From a virus, in the IMG/VR virus record IMGVR_UViG_3300035698_004199, positions 10,292 to 74,291 of that record: a stretch of DNA of 64,000 bases; one strand, written 5' to 3'. The position numbers were made by a program, and so were the translations under genes. Below, piece after piece: positions 38,301 to 47,527 of this stretch (position 1 is the first letter of the stretch; every line of letters starts with the position of its first letter). Under the pieces are notes generated by a model. It saw nothing but the letters and a program-made list of their open reading frames with translations, searched no databases and was not told the DNA's origin.

Positions 38301-41300
38301 TGGGGGACATCACAACCGTTAAGTCTGCTGAAATGAAGCAGCGGCGAGCAAGAGCGCGTGTGTGGGGTTACTTCCCTAATGGTATTCCTGCGGGGATCTT
38401 CTCCAGCCCTGTGACAGCACCATGTGTGGTTGCAACACCTCTATTATTAAGAGACTTGCCTATAGACCCAGAGACAGGTTATCCAGACGCTACATTCTTT
38501 TTATCAGAAGGTGGTGACCTTGCGGATCTGGTAGCAGGGGATCCTGAGCTAGCGGTCCCTGGGTTTGCAGTAGGAGACCAGATTAGTTGGGGTAAACCAA
38601 GCGGTACGATTGTAGGTGCTGTTTCTCCAGTTGCAGCTACTTTTTGGGGCCTTCCGAGTTATTTAGGGGTGTTTGTAAAAGCCATTCTAGACGGATGCGT
38701 TTTAACTTTTGAGGACAGTGACGGTAATGCGATAACAACACCTGAGAACTTATTAATGGGGGTGGTTCCCGCACATGATTATCCTCTGGAAGAAGGTGAC
38801 TCTGTATTTGTGATACCTTCTATGGGATCAGCAGGGCTTTCGTCAACCACTTTGGCAGCTAACCCTACCTTTGAAGATCTTTCTGCGATGGCAGCACAGC
38901 TAGACTCATTCAGATCTGGTTTTGATCTTAATGTGAAAGAGGATGGCCGCTTACTTGATATGACATTCCCATCAAGATACGATCCTTTTCCTTTTGCGAT
39001 CAAAGAATTTATGGGCCAAAACCCACCGGCACCTATGTCAGCACTTGAAGGGCTTGTTGAGTTCCGCAACGATGACCAGAACCCATTATTGATACCTGCA
39101 TTGATAGGTGCTTGGACAAATGACTCAGGGGACTATACAGTTCCTTATTTAAGAACAGGGAACACTGAGATAGAACGTTTTGGTGAGATTATGCTTGGGG
39201 TGTCAGAAGCCTTCAATGCACAATCAGTTGGTCCAGCACCCATTCTTGCAGTTTATCCCGATGAGATCTTAGCTGAAGATGGCGTAGTGCTTGCTTCTAC
39301 AGTAGTACCTTCTGTAACAACTGATCCTGCAGCATTGTTGACAGCAGTAGACATGCTTCCGGTCCCTGATCTGGGGGTGGGTCCGATACGTTCTTATGAC
39401 ATGCTTCTTGTTCAGACGCCTCTATCAGGAACTTCCAAGTTTACTGAGGAGCCTGCTGGCACAGAGACTCTTGGACCCCATGGTATTTTATCTGTAGGTT
39501 CTGTAGAAGAACTTTCCCCTACAGAATGGAAAGTTGAACCGCCCCGGTTTGTAACAGCCACTAATATTAGTAGTGCTGATGCCATTAGATATAAGCTTGA
39601 TAACGCCATGGTTTTTGTAGACGGTATATACCCTCCTGACCCACAAGTAGTGCCACCACCCGGTGTGGTTATATCTGAGGGTGCTGGTTTTGGGGGTACC
39701 ATATTAGACTTTATTTCTATTACAGGCCCCTCTATAACCCTAAATGATGGTTCTTTATTCGATGTTGGTGGCCTAAATACTTTAATTGCTAATGGCGTGC
39801 CTATCACAATTAGAATGTTCTGTAGGCCAGACCCCAACATTCTTTATGGGCCTCCTGGAGGAGTGCCAGATCCACCACCTAAGGTCGGCGGAGAAGAAGT
39901 TTTTAGGCTACGTATCACAGGGACTACGGTTGAAACCTGGACGTACCAAGGCTTATATAATACTGTTGTTGTAGGTCCACCATGTGTGTTTCGGGCTACC
40001 CATCAGTTGTTCATCCCTGCTTTTGGGTTACTTCCTTGGGGGCCTGGTGTTGGGGCCAAAAATGAATGGTTCCTGCCTTATTCGTCAGTGGGTGCAGACC
40101 ACACTATGCTTTATGGCTTAGAGTTTGCTTTTGATATTGATGCTACTGCAACAGAATCAAATAGTGCTTGGATTGATGATGACCGTTTGACTTTCCATGA
40201 AGTCTGTGATTTGAGCTGGGCTCAAGCACGCGGAACAGTTCATAGTCTCCCTCCGAATTTAAGTCTGGAGACCCAGCTAACTGTTACGGAAGTAGAAGCA
40301 GGTAGAGAAGGTGTGACTACTTACTGGTCATCAATCAATGAAGGCATAAACGGTTACAGCGGGGCTGCTCCAATACCTTTGACTTTCATACCAGCAGCCC
40401 CCGGCGGCCCTGTAGGTGTGTTTACTCCTGTAGCTGGTGTTGTCCTAGAGCATGGTGACCTCAAGGCGGCTGCCTTTGAGGGGTACGACAACATGCCTTT
40501 GGCAGCAACAGATGTTATTTTCTCAGGTGTACCTTCTTGTGATTATCCTACTGGGGGATCTGATAAAATTTGTGAAGGCTACGGGTTTACAGGTAGTCAG
40601 TACAACGCTTTATTAAGTACTTCGGACACTGAAAGCCTAGACAATAGACTGGCATATCCTGTTATTGCCTTAGGTGCAGGTGCAGTAAGTAGTATTGTAA
40701 AAGGTGACGTTCTTGCAATCACAGCTTCTAATGATTCAGATCATATAGCTACAGTACACGCAGGCACATATCTTGTCAGGCATGCTGTAGAAGCCACTCC
40801 AGCTACGGATTTTTACAGGGAAGTCAGCCCACAAGCTACATTGGGACAAACTTCGGATTGGGTAAAAACGACATTCCCCGAAGTGGTAAGCTATGATCCT
40901 ATCACAGATATAATGATAATCTCACATTTAGCACCTGCACCACAGGGGCCCTTAGTTGGAACTGTCAACTCAGGCTTTATGCCTGATACTGCGGGTGTTT
41001 CACGTCTTTACTTTCTCAGGTCAATTCCAGACTTGAATTCTGCTGATGCAGCTACTTACCGGCGATCTATTTTAAGTGCTGAATACACAGCTATTTCAGA
41101 AGTGAGTGGCCAAGGCGTTTTCACACTAACAGACTATCAGTATGCAGATGGGACAGCGCTACCTACTACAGCAGACTTCGCTGCTTTGATAGCTGCTGGG
41201 GTGTCTGTGTCAGGGATGTCATACCTAGCAGTACAGGTTGGCGGCGATGTATATGGGCTTCCTAATAATAATTGTGTTGGCTACGATCACCCTGTTTCAC

Positions 41301-44300
41301 CAGGCTTGGATGAAACAGTGTATGGTTTTAGAAGATTGACGTTAGCACCGCAGATAGGACTGTCTACAGCAACAGCTTTGGTTTTTAGTGTGGGTGGTGC
41401 TTTTGATGGTGCCATAGCAAGAGTGGCTGCCCCGGATGTTATCATCCCAATGGCTGCTACCCCAGCTTCTGCTTATCAGTTTGTAACAGATGAGGACACT
41501 GAAGTTTATCACTGGGTTACAAATACCTTAGACACTATAAACGTAACTCCTGATCTTTGGCGTACTTTGAACATCCCATCAGGATCTTACGGTGCTACAG
41601 TAATTTATACTCCAGGTGTTTTTGAAGGGCCGTCATGTTTGCTTCCTGGAACACAATCAAGTCTATTGGGCCCTAGCGATATTGAATTCTTAATGGTAGC
41701 TGGCGGCGGTGGTGGTGGTGGTCGTTTAGCCGGTGGTGGCGGAGCTGGTGGTGTTCTAACAGGAAGATATGAAGTGGCACCTAGTGCATCCTATCCTATT
41801 GTAATTGGTGCTGGTGGTGCAGGTGGTGTGTCAAAGTGGAATGCTGTTCCTCTCTCAGATAAAATGGGGCATACAGGCGGTAATTCAACTGCCTTTGGTT
41901 TGACTGCTTTTGGTGGTGGTGGTGGTGCTGAGAGTCTAACTCCGGCAAACCGCGATGGCCTTGCTGGCGGCTCAGGTGGTGGCTCAGCCAACTTTGGACT
42001 TGTTGGTGTTGGTGTGGTGGGTCAAGGCTACGATGGGGGCGGCGGCGTCGTTAACTATGGTGGTGGCGGTGGTGGTGCTAGTGAAGTTGGTGGTGATTCG
42101 GGAGCAGTCTGGCATACCGCCGGAGCTGGTGGGGATGGCATAGAATCATCTATATCAGGCACTGCCACTTATTATGCAGGTGGTGGCGGTGGTGGTGTGT
42201 ATGAGGGTGCTGGTAGACTTGTAGGATCCGGTGGTGCAGGTGGTGGTGGTGCAGGTGGTGAACACTATACACTCGCCACAAAAGATGCGGCGTCTGGAAC
42301 AGCCAACACAGGCGGCGGCGGTGGTGGTGCAGGGTATAACAACCCTTTTCAAGCTAGTGAGAATAATGAAGTTGGTGGTGCTGGTGGTTCGGGAATTGTT
42401 ATAGTCCGCTATCTGGGTGTCCCGCGTGCAACTGGTGGCCTTATCGTAACTGCTGGTGGCTATACTACACATACTTTTCTAGCGAATGGTACTTTTGCTG
42501 TAGATCCCATTGCTGCTGCAGTGGAAAATGGTTTTTGGGCACAGTCTGGTGTTTTCCTAGAGCCTTCATATCCAAGGACGCCTCTGAATCTAACCCCAGC
42601 AGTCAGTCATGAAAGAGTGGTAGACGCAGACCATGACCTTACAGACCCTACAGGGGTTTCAGACTTAGAACGTGAGACAGGAATGCGAGACAGTGACACT
42701 TACAGAGTGAGCGGCTCCGTAGCTGATGTGCCTGAAGAAGCACAGTTCTCTGTAAGGCGCATTCGTCGGTTCCATGATGTTGGGCTGCCAAGTGATAACT
42801 TAATGCCCCTAAGGTACGCCTATGAAATCCGAAGAGGTATTATCACAGATCTGACAGTACTACCTAGTTCTGGGAATAAAATAGAAGCCAGAAGTTTCAC
42901 CATGAACTGGGAGGCTATTAAACCAGCCTTGGCCCCCAAAGCCAATGATGTTTGGAATGATGGCATCACTTATCAAGGCACTAATTTAGGAGACTTCTTA
43001 GATGTTGATGTAAATGTCCACCCTGGAGATCTTTTCCGGTTGCTGGACTCTAATGGCAACTGTTTGGAAGAAGTTCCTATCCAGGCAGTAGCAGGCCGTG
43101 ATACTTTAATTCTAGCAGCCCCGGGTCTCCAGTGGTATAACACAGCCTTGGGAGACATCCGTTTTGAAATCTGGTTGCGTAGAGCCCCAGTGCCACATGA
43201 ACAGTCTAATGAGCAGCTTCTATCCTTAGTAATGGATAGAGAAGTGCTCCGCACAGATGCAACTTGGGGTGCTGCCACAGAAAGTGGGGGTTATGCTTCA
43301 GTAGTTAATCAACTCTCAGACGACACGCTTACAGAATCTTTTGCTGTTTCGGGTGTTAGGGTGGGCGATATTGTTATTGTAGATCCCATAGGAGATATCC
43401 CACAAGATATAGCAGGCTTGCCTACTGCTTTGGAACACAGTTCCAGACCTTTGGGGGATGATGCTGTAGTGGAAAGAAACGTTGCGGGGGTTTATGTTGC
43501 GGGTGGCCCAAGTTCTCTTGATGACAACAGAGGCTTCTATAGAGTAACAGGACTTAATGATGCTGCTCCCACACCTTATATAGAGGTTGATCCTGTAAAC
43601 ACTTATGCAGGTGACACAACCTCGCCCGTAGTTTTTGCTCAAACAGATCCAGATCGTGCTTATGCTGTTTACCCAACTATTCATGGTTCCGCTCTTACTA
43701 CAGGTGAGGAAGGACAGATGGACCTAAGGCCTACAGAAGCCCGCAACCCTGCAGACGGCAGTTTTAAGACCAACTCCTTAGGTGTAAGTGTTAAGTCCAT
43801 TGGACCTTTTTCCTATAAGGTTTATAGGCCTTCTGCGGTATTCTCAGATGAGACTATTGATCTTATTTTGATGACTCGGGAACGCACACTATCTCTTATA
43901 GACTTGATTCGGAATACAGAACGGAACAAGAGCGGCAGCTACTTTGTTTTCCAGCGGGATACCCATCTTTATGAACTGGGTGATTCAACAAATCCAGATG
44001 TGGGTTTGGGTTTTGCTTCAAATGCTTTCCTGAGAAGCATAGTAGGCAGGGTAGACATTATGCCCTATGCAAATACATCAAGCTGCTTGTCCTTATTGGA
44101 TCGTCGTTTTTGGATTCTGGACACACAATTAGATTCTCTTACTTTTGATTCAGGTTTGAAAATGAAACGCTTGGGGCCAGGTGAAACTCCTTATACAGAG
44201 TACAGCACTGCAATTGGTGGTGTGGTTAGACCGGTGCTGCCTGATTTAGTAGACGAAGTTCTTGATCAGACAGAAAGACTTCGTGCGGTAAGATATGTAT

Positions 44301-44431
44301 GGCTAGCCTATAGAACACATACAGTGTTAGGTACATTAGCTGCTTTGAATACTTATGACCAGGAACTGCCCAAAAGGATAAAAGATCAAAAGGATTTTTT
44401 ATTGAAACAGGCAGTCTTGGAAGGAGTCTAA
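32357..44431 (+). CDS. Giant (4024 aa) baseplate / receptor-binding structural protein with glycine-rich domain
   Basis: Uninterrupted 12-kb ORF, acidic and beta-rich, inside the baseplate cluster. Polyglycine domain at about 41680-42500. Confidence 0.75.
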   Translation: MGFDFPGYVLRSINIASSNATDSGEPDTGVVRDPRPVPPSYTLDSKSVPPLGAPPAFVDPFADQYRAAVLDAPGTTPQEYLVWAQNTGSLALIEDPDWWLECGTGKFSEGTLTVIDALAQPEDPAIEDGADRVIVSDDGNRSLGRITHLVVARGDVAYDDGGWVNQNIPSFGRKGGEPYLVLDIAIEDQNPVSGVVALTDAQLTSLGGGLSHLRGDRIITVRYTIASIRFWWTRNDRYETRFGWNQSTRRWEPYKGSTVKNLGTILFDQTYQLEPKIRNLPWGAYLPGDSLVPDSYSMVRVGTTPGAGSTPLDNIQVRLDSEIADFDFSSHTTLNGVLGQTTGILKLSPTFVKLNAGSSIWYAPKSFTQKADGIVGGMRLADASPLYIAPIPGPTDRPIIQFGNRAPLTVILMDTDALVTLAAPASGTVLVSLSTGRLRFCPTDLDVAVPTSTLFSKHYLGEQVFYNGVSLNQEPQPTKLPAYLLNSMGGQGTASIDTILYIPDAVGLPLDLAQDRKGLGISGIIDAPDGTGALPAREGVDACIRPGGDTVGALATGRVRQIPDDVGDTILFSRAGAIETIQEVDLASDIATVIGKRKSPAKGTAIVAREKSTYGSAVLLSKKDRQQIGDESVYFVQATLTPAVYTEEAKIYSRNRDIFRFDGTETIYFAIDGDAFTWNPAALLIALPSQDYYTAEEVALSIQNDTTPPLPASSCVAQSGRIVLIGAADVEIGFGTNQMKDLSGCAVLGFLPGWQAHVGSGNWLPDSGAAVGLYRSPLNVNRENSTPDYAATARIEDLLLDSDIQANPYYFLSQKPLQDIAGFDENIFFALQAIVTDGDTTTIINRPLQHFEDIVHRFGQGKFDWIAGQAVAEALDKTTTTLNFGVPSLVEESFLGVSSIAAGLYISSDGGAFSFQDPDSDFIMPNSGLSGTATLIERFGQLLGSGAQGFVAEGLNTLLDATAHFQSGAHFQQTLKEGCRVKILSGDNAGSYLVTAILSETTLTVDIPFQTSNFLPLQWEIYEGYPDSAYDPALIADVSFKEFNHIQDEPFKIRMLQDTGIVPVSVSAQSADRLIADVTEAQNRPVGLRFGLVAPTAAVTATLSYLTKVKLGLLANGTLIVPDTSSLRFAGGFFSIQIGTQNFVPVGVTSFSSNPVTVEYLTQDDPSAASFTPKGSLKFSSTLLSTQAASQVYYVEDFLDPALLAANTAEYRDNGQINLSSADIALFAGTKLYFVQQMVTEGKKDVAISPMLGAFSFNGPVPKNSVIEAEYWRADMEGRKTGDMVTETLPVFIRREVTTLDSPRVYKFNTIGYNIDQRIIPSVWIGATLQNFGSEDCVVDYPASWNGSGRITFLKTVDATVVQVNYAVFEAQGGERAFEASQKNIYRPPFFIKANQSQFGLRGDRTGEFQVGQMLRFGEDCFYIKSLLYYPATATGGDITAVGIYPPTITEEGSRSPGNDVLALITDRPVTPIIDPDGTSPIATTAATGFFSTIDLDTFPFESVSRGQKVIVFQGNLLSFAVAGHLLELGGCPYTIASAELTTDGAKTKVTVTGGFLKGFAVGDNPTVLMSYRPVYPPETRDFLGVGPVLDSEPVEVVLFGETDVTGTALPGRTLIPEVEYKLDYDSGVVQLLAPVQEPFDVDQKLLLSFTRLRSLQPYMQNQVLVTPRYWADFYYAKAPDVENGILGGSLVGTYTYYSPDSFYFRAVKLTQYMGEVAQDAIKEIQSKQVAGGASLISAGGTANWEQGRMGLRAVGKNLLDIDRAARSFLEFYNQSVESFEQILETISGGFIGDTDGKFRFWIGHDREYPTPGYDDAIAGILQHRLVWNDVFNADLEDPIFCQTGDWLVKPKSADITDAQISGVFIPVDQLETLKTQQRGLIWNDIDDTVLTQMGKPVIKRLPYGLYIALKAKGVYKQMGESHDLSRLFPTQSEAFLRLYPGAGADIDTGTNTGTYTYGRVVDNAWAKTTNQQIGQLGNPVLGDITTVKSAEMKQRRARARVWGYFPNGIPAGIFSSPVTAPCVVATPLLLRDLPIDPETGYPDATFFLSEGGDLADLVAGDPELAVPGFAVGDQISWGKPSGTIVGAVSPVAATFWGLPSYLGVFVKAILDGCVLTFEDSDGNAITTPENLLMGVVPAHDYPLEEGDSVFVIPSMGSAGLSSTTLAANPTFEDLSAMAAQLDSFRSGFDLNVKEDGRLLDMTFPSRYDPFPFAIKEFMGQNPPAPMSALEGLVEFRNDDQNPLLIPALIGAWTNDSGDYTVPYLRTGNTEIERFGEIMLGVSEAFNAQSVGPAPILAVYPDEILAEDGVVLASTVVPSVTTDPAALLTAVDMLPVPDLGVGPIRSYDMLLVQTPLSGTSKFTEEPAGTETLGPHGILSVGSVEELSPTEWKVEPPRFVTATNISSADAIRYKLDNAMVFVDGIYPPDPQVVPPPGVVISEGAGFGGTILDFISITGPSITLNDGSLFDVGGLNTLIANGVPITIRMFCRPDPNILYGPPGGVPDPPPKVGGEEVFRLRITGTTVETWTYQGLYNTVVVGPPCVFRATHQLFIPAFGLLPWGPGVGAKNEWFLPYSSVGADHTMLYGLEFAFDIDATATESNSAWIDDDRLTFHEVCDLSWAQARGTVHSLPPNLSLETQLTVTEVEAGREGVTTYWSSINEGINGYSGAAPIPLTFIPAAPGGPVGVFTPVAGVVLEHGDLKAAAFEGYDNMPLAATDVIFSGVPSCDYPTGGSDKICEGYGFTGSQYNALLSTSDTESLDNRLAYPVIALGAGAVSSIVKGDVLAITASNDSDHIATVHAGTYLVRHAVEATPATDFYREVSPQATLGQTSDWVKTTFPEVVSYDPITDIMIISHLAPAPQGPLVGTVNSGFMPDTAGVSRLYFLRSIPDLNSADAATYRRSILSAEYTAISEVSGQGVFTLTDYQYADGTALPTTADFAALIAAGVSVSGMSYLAVQVGGDVYGLPNNNCVGYDHPVSPGLDETVYGFRRLTLAPQIGLSTATALVFSVGGAFDGAIARVAAPDVIIPMAATPASAYQFVTDEDTEVYHWVTNTLDTINVTPDLWRTLNIPSGSYGATVIYTPGVFEGPSCLLPGTQSSLLGPSDIEFLMVAGGGGGGGRLAGGGGAGGVLTGRYEVAPSASYPIVIGAGGAGGVSKWNAVPLSDKMGHTGGNSTAFGLTAFGGGGGAESLTPANRDGLAGGSGGGSANFGLVGVGVVGQGYDGGGGVVNYGGGGGGASEVGGDSGAVWHTAGAGGDGIESSISGTATYYAGGGGGGVYEGAGRLVGSGGAGGGGAGGEHYTLATKDAASGTANTGGGGGGAGYNNPFQASENNEVGGAGGSGIVIVRYLGVPRATGGLIVTAGGYTTHTFLANGTFAVDPIAAAVENGFWAQSGVFLEPSYPRTPLNLTPAVSHERVVDADHDLTDPTGVSDLERETGMRDSDTYRVSGSVADVPEEAQFSVRRIRRFHDVGLPSDNLMPLRYAYEIRRGIITDLTVLPSSGNKIEARSFTMNWEAIKPALAPKANDVWNDGITYQGTNLGDFLDVDVNVHPGDLFRLLDSNGNCLEEVPIQAVAGRDTLILAAPGLQWYNTALGDIRFEIWLRRAPVPHEQSNEQLLSLVMDREVLRTDATWGAATESGGYASVVNQLSDDTLTESFAVSGVRVGDIVIVDPIGDIPQDIAGLPTALEHSSRPLGDDAVVERNVAGVYVAGGPSSLDDNRGFYRVTGLNDAAPTPYIEVDPVNTYAGDTTSPVVFAQTDPDRAYAVYPTIHGSALTTGEEGQMDLRPTEARNPADGSFKTNSLGVSVKSIGPFSYKVYRPSAVFSDETIDLILMTRERTLSLIDLIRNTERNKSGSYFVFQRDTHLYELGDSTNPDVGLGFASNAFLRSIVGRVDIMPYANTSSCLSLLDRRFWILDTQLDSLTFDSGLKMKRLGPGETPYTEYSTAIGGVVRPVLPDLVDEVLDQTERLRAVRYVWLAYRTHTVLGTLAALNTYDQELPKRIKDQKDFLLKQAVLEGV

Positions 44432-44432
44432 A

Positions 44433-44651
44433 ATGAAAACAGTAGAAGAATTGATAGCTGAAGCGGGCTTGCAAATTAATACTTGGGGTGAGATCCCTGA
44501 ACACACAGCATCTTTGGAGCCTATGGCAGACTATCAGTCTTCGTTAAATAAGCTAAAGGACTTGTTAGAGGGCTTGATAGCACAAGATCAGGTGGCAGTA
44601 GCAAGGTTGCAAGAACAGATGGCTAAACTCAAATATGGTGGGGGGTCATAA
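44433..44651 (+). CDS. Small coiled-coil hypothetical protein
   Basis: RBS AAGGAG; heptad-like C-terminal half; coupled to the next gene. Confidence 0.75.
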   Translation: MKTVEELIAEAGLQINTWGEIPEHTASLEPMADYQSSLNKLKDLLEGLIAQDQVAVARLQEQMAKLKYGGGS

Positions 44652-47515
44652 TGGCTGATTCTTGGGGCACAATCACATTTGAGATTCCAGACTTTCTGGA
44701 ATCTGCCAGGGATAAGATCAATAACATTGCTGAGTTCCTAGTGGCTGTGTTAGACATTGCTTTGCTAGCTCTTAATTTTGTAAAGACTTTTCTTACAGGG
44801 TTCCTGGATCCTATTGCAGGGTTAGTAGCAGCACTAGTGGAAGAACTTAACAAGCTGTTGCGGGACTTGCGGCAACTGGGTATGTATTTAGCGGGTGACT
44901 GGAAGCTATTATCAGAGCCTAAAAATCTGGTAGGAGGCTTTCCTGCTTACGAAAAAAGGATGATTGCAAGATTAACAGACCGAACAGATCCAAGTAGGCC
45001 GGATGTATCAGCAGCAACTTCTGTGTACAGCTTGTTCCTCTATACCTCAGTAGACCTTTCAGAGTATAGAAGGCTGGTTGAGGCCATTCGACAGATACTA
45101 GCCTTCCTTAAACAGGTTCCTAATTTGAGTAGCGGTTTTCAGACCCCGTATATTACTGAGGTGTCTTACGGGGCTTCTGCTGCAAGTGTAGCAGACTTTG
45201 ATCAGCTGGGAAAGTTCTTTGACAGCAGCCCACAAGCCCCTGCAGTAGCTTTAGTAAAATGGAAAATTGACTCAGGGCGTCAAGACGAGCCTTTCTTTCC
45301 AGGCTTTGCAGTACCTCCGGGTGGTTTTGTAGTAACAGTATCAACAATTTCAGATGGGATCCCAATTGTTTATGATAGGCCTAGAGAGGGAGACACACTA
45401 CAAGCAAAAGGTTCGTCTGATGTAGTAGCACAACCCAGGGAGTACGGACCTGTTAGATTGAGTACCGGCCAGCCCTTCATACTGCATGGTGGGGACTCAA
45501 TGTTAGACACCATCCCTACAGAGTTTACATACAACAATGGCATAGATGATGGAGTCTTGAAAGACGGAATCTCCAGGATTTACGGGACTGTAGGCCGTGT
45601 CTCAAGGCAGGTTCCTATAGAACAACTTAAAGCTGGTGACACCTATTTGTTGCAGCGTGCCTTTTATGTTTCTCCAGAAGCCGTGGGTATGGCTTTTATG
45701 ACAGGGGAATACTCAATACTGTTAGATGGTACAGACATGCCACACGATGCTCATGTAGACGTACAAGCAGACGGCACCTTGAAAATAATTGATGACGGGC
45801 CTGCTGCAAATCTATATGTTCGGGTGGCATCCTGTAAAAAACTTGTATCCGAAAAAGAAGCCTTTAAGTATAAACTTTCCAAAGCCACTTTGAAGGTTAC
45901 GGGGCAGCCAGTTGAAGTAGGTACACTAGACCCAACTGTTAATGGTGCAATTACAGATATCGGTGCTTTTTCTGTACCCCAGCAGGTGGTTTTCCCGAAT
46001 GCTAACACAAAAAAGTACATGGAGGCTCTTAAGATAGCTCTGCTGGTGTTAGTGCTGAGTCGCCCTGACCTAAAACCTTTGGACTCACTACAGAGCACTC
46101 TTTCTGAAGATATTTATGAAAAAATACAGAGTAACAAACTTATTGTTGAAGGTGTAGCTTTAGAGCGTTGCGGTTTGGAAGATTTGCAGCACTTGACTGG
46201 GATAGTTTATGACCAGAAGGTTACTTATCAAAAAGCAATGGCTTTGTTTGAAACTTCTCCGTTGGACTTCAGAACTGATTTGTTGCAACGCATTGAGATA
46301 GCAGCTCACGATATTTACACGAAAACAGGACCAAGACCAGAAATTGAGGCTTTTGTTGTGCAGAGTACCGAGAGGCTTAGGAATGCCACTTGGTTAAATG
46401 TTTTAGATGCTACCCATATCACTTATGGGATTGGTTATGAAGAAGCTGATCAGTTAGATCAAACACTATGGGAATCCTTGTCCGTTAATAATATTTTAGT
46501 AGGTGTTGCCAGGAATCCCTTGTGTGCTGTGGGACAAGAGGAACAGGGGCGTGCTGTTATGTGGAATGCCCGTATTACTGAGGACCGCCTTCCGCAGATG
46601 CAATCAGGTCTATTGGACGCTACAGATCCTGCTTGGACTGCTGCTACTGCGACATGGTTGGTTCCTGCTGATGAGGCAGAGGCTTTTCTAAGCGAGTGCC
46701 CTACAGGGTTAAAACCTATTTTTGAGAAAAGTCGCCAATTGGATGGAAGCATTCAAGTCAGTCCCGAGCTTCAAAACACTTTGGGTAGGTATTCTATACA
46801 AAATAAAGTTATAGGGTCAGCAGACATGTCTCCGGTTTTGTTTTTCGGGCCTAGACTTGATTTATCTCCCCAAAAGATCCTTTACTGTAGGTCCCTGTTT
46901 GCAAACTTTGAAGATGGTATTCTATTCCAGGAAGCAGCTATCGCTTTGCAGATTGCAGGGGCCGCTATTCGTAGATCCCTGAAGGACGGTGAATGGCTCT
47001 ATGTTAGGTTTTTTGATTCCTTTTCCAACATAGAAGACTTCCTAGCTATGATAGCTAACTGGGTAGAGGCCCTACAGAAGTCACTTCAATCTATTGTAGA
47101 CACCATAAAAAAGTATATTGAGTTTCTACAGGCCCGTATTGTGGAACTACAGCAGCTTATCAGACGTATCAATGCGTTATTACAAAACATGCTGGGCTTT
47201 GCTTTTCAGATCCCAAAGATGTCTGCCTTGGTGCTTCTAAACTCACATGGTACTGACGGTGTGCTTCGGGATTTGATCTCTGCCCAGAACAAACCTATGG
47301 ACTCACCGCTTGCTTATGGTGGAGGGGTTACTATGGTAGTGCCACTAATGCCTGCCATTATCCCGGCTGCCTTGCCTTTTCTACAGGCTTTAATAGTACC
47401 TCAATCTGGATCTCCACTTCCAGGTGAAACGATGGCAGCAGACTCATCTCAATTAGTGGGTATTACGGGGGTGCCTGTTGTACCTCCTGTCTCACCTGAA
47501 CCGGATGTTTTGTAA
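44651..47515 (+). CDS. Baseplate-associated protein with amphipathic helical termini
   Basis: Long amphipathic helices at both ends; located in the baseplate cluster. Confidence 0.6.
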   Translation: MADSWGTITFEIPDFLESARDKINNIAEFLVAVLDIALLALNFVKTFLTGFLDPIAGLVAALVEELNKLLRDLRQLGMYLAGDWKLLSEPKNLVGGFPAYEKRMIARLTDRTDPSRPDVSAATSVYSLFLYTSVDLSEYRRLVEAIRQILAFLKQVPNLSSGFQTPYITEVSYGASAASVADFDQLGKFFDSSPQAPAVALVKWKIDSGRQDEPFFPGFAVPPGGFVVTVSTISDGIPIVYDRPREGDTLQAKGSSDVVAQPREYGPVRLSTGQPFILHGGDSMLDTIPTEFTYNNGIDDGVLKDGISRIYGTVGRVSRQVPIEQLKAGDTYLLQRAFYVSPEAVGMAFMTGEYSILLDGTDMPHDAHVDVQADGTLKIIDDGPAANLYVRVASCKKLVSEKEAFKYKLSKATLKVTGQPVEVGTLDPTVNGAITDIGAFSVPQQVVFPNANTKKYMEALKIALLVLVLSRPDLKPLDSLQSTLSEDIYEKIQSNKLIVEGVALERCGLEDLQHLTGIVYDQKVTYQKAMALFETSPLDFRTDLLQRIEIAAHDIYTKTGPRPEIEAFVVQSTERLRNATWLNVLDATHITYGIGYEEADQLDQTLWESLSVNNILVGVARNPLCAVGQEEQGRAVMWNARITEDRLPQMQSGLLDATDPAWTAATATWLVPADEAEAFLSECPTGLKPIFEKSRQLDGSIQVSPELQNTLGRYSIQNKVIGSADMSPVLFFGPRLDLSPQKILYCRSLFANFEDGILFQEAAIALQIAGAAIRRSLKDGEWLYVRFFDSFSNIEDFLAMIANWVEALQKSLQSIVDTIKKYIEFLQARIVELQQLIRRINALLQNMLGFAFQIPKMSALVLLNSHGTDGVLRDLISAQNKPMDSPLAYGGGVTMVVPLMPAIIPAALPFLQALIVPQSGSPLPGETMAADSSQLVGITGVPVVPPVSPEPDVL

Positions 47516-47527
47516 CGGAGAATTACT

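Noticed and set aside
41690-42400. GGT/GGC runs as a CRISPR array, microsatellite or DGR variable region
   Set aside because: They encode polyglycine in frame. There is no repeat-spacer periodicity, and no reverse transcriptase or template repeat is visible.
32357-44431. Inteins or introns explaining the giant ORFs
   Set aside because: I noticed no intein splice motifs (C...HN-C/S/T), homing endonuclease motifs or frame interruptions by eye. An HMM scan would be needed to exclude them fully.
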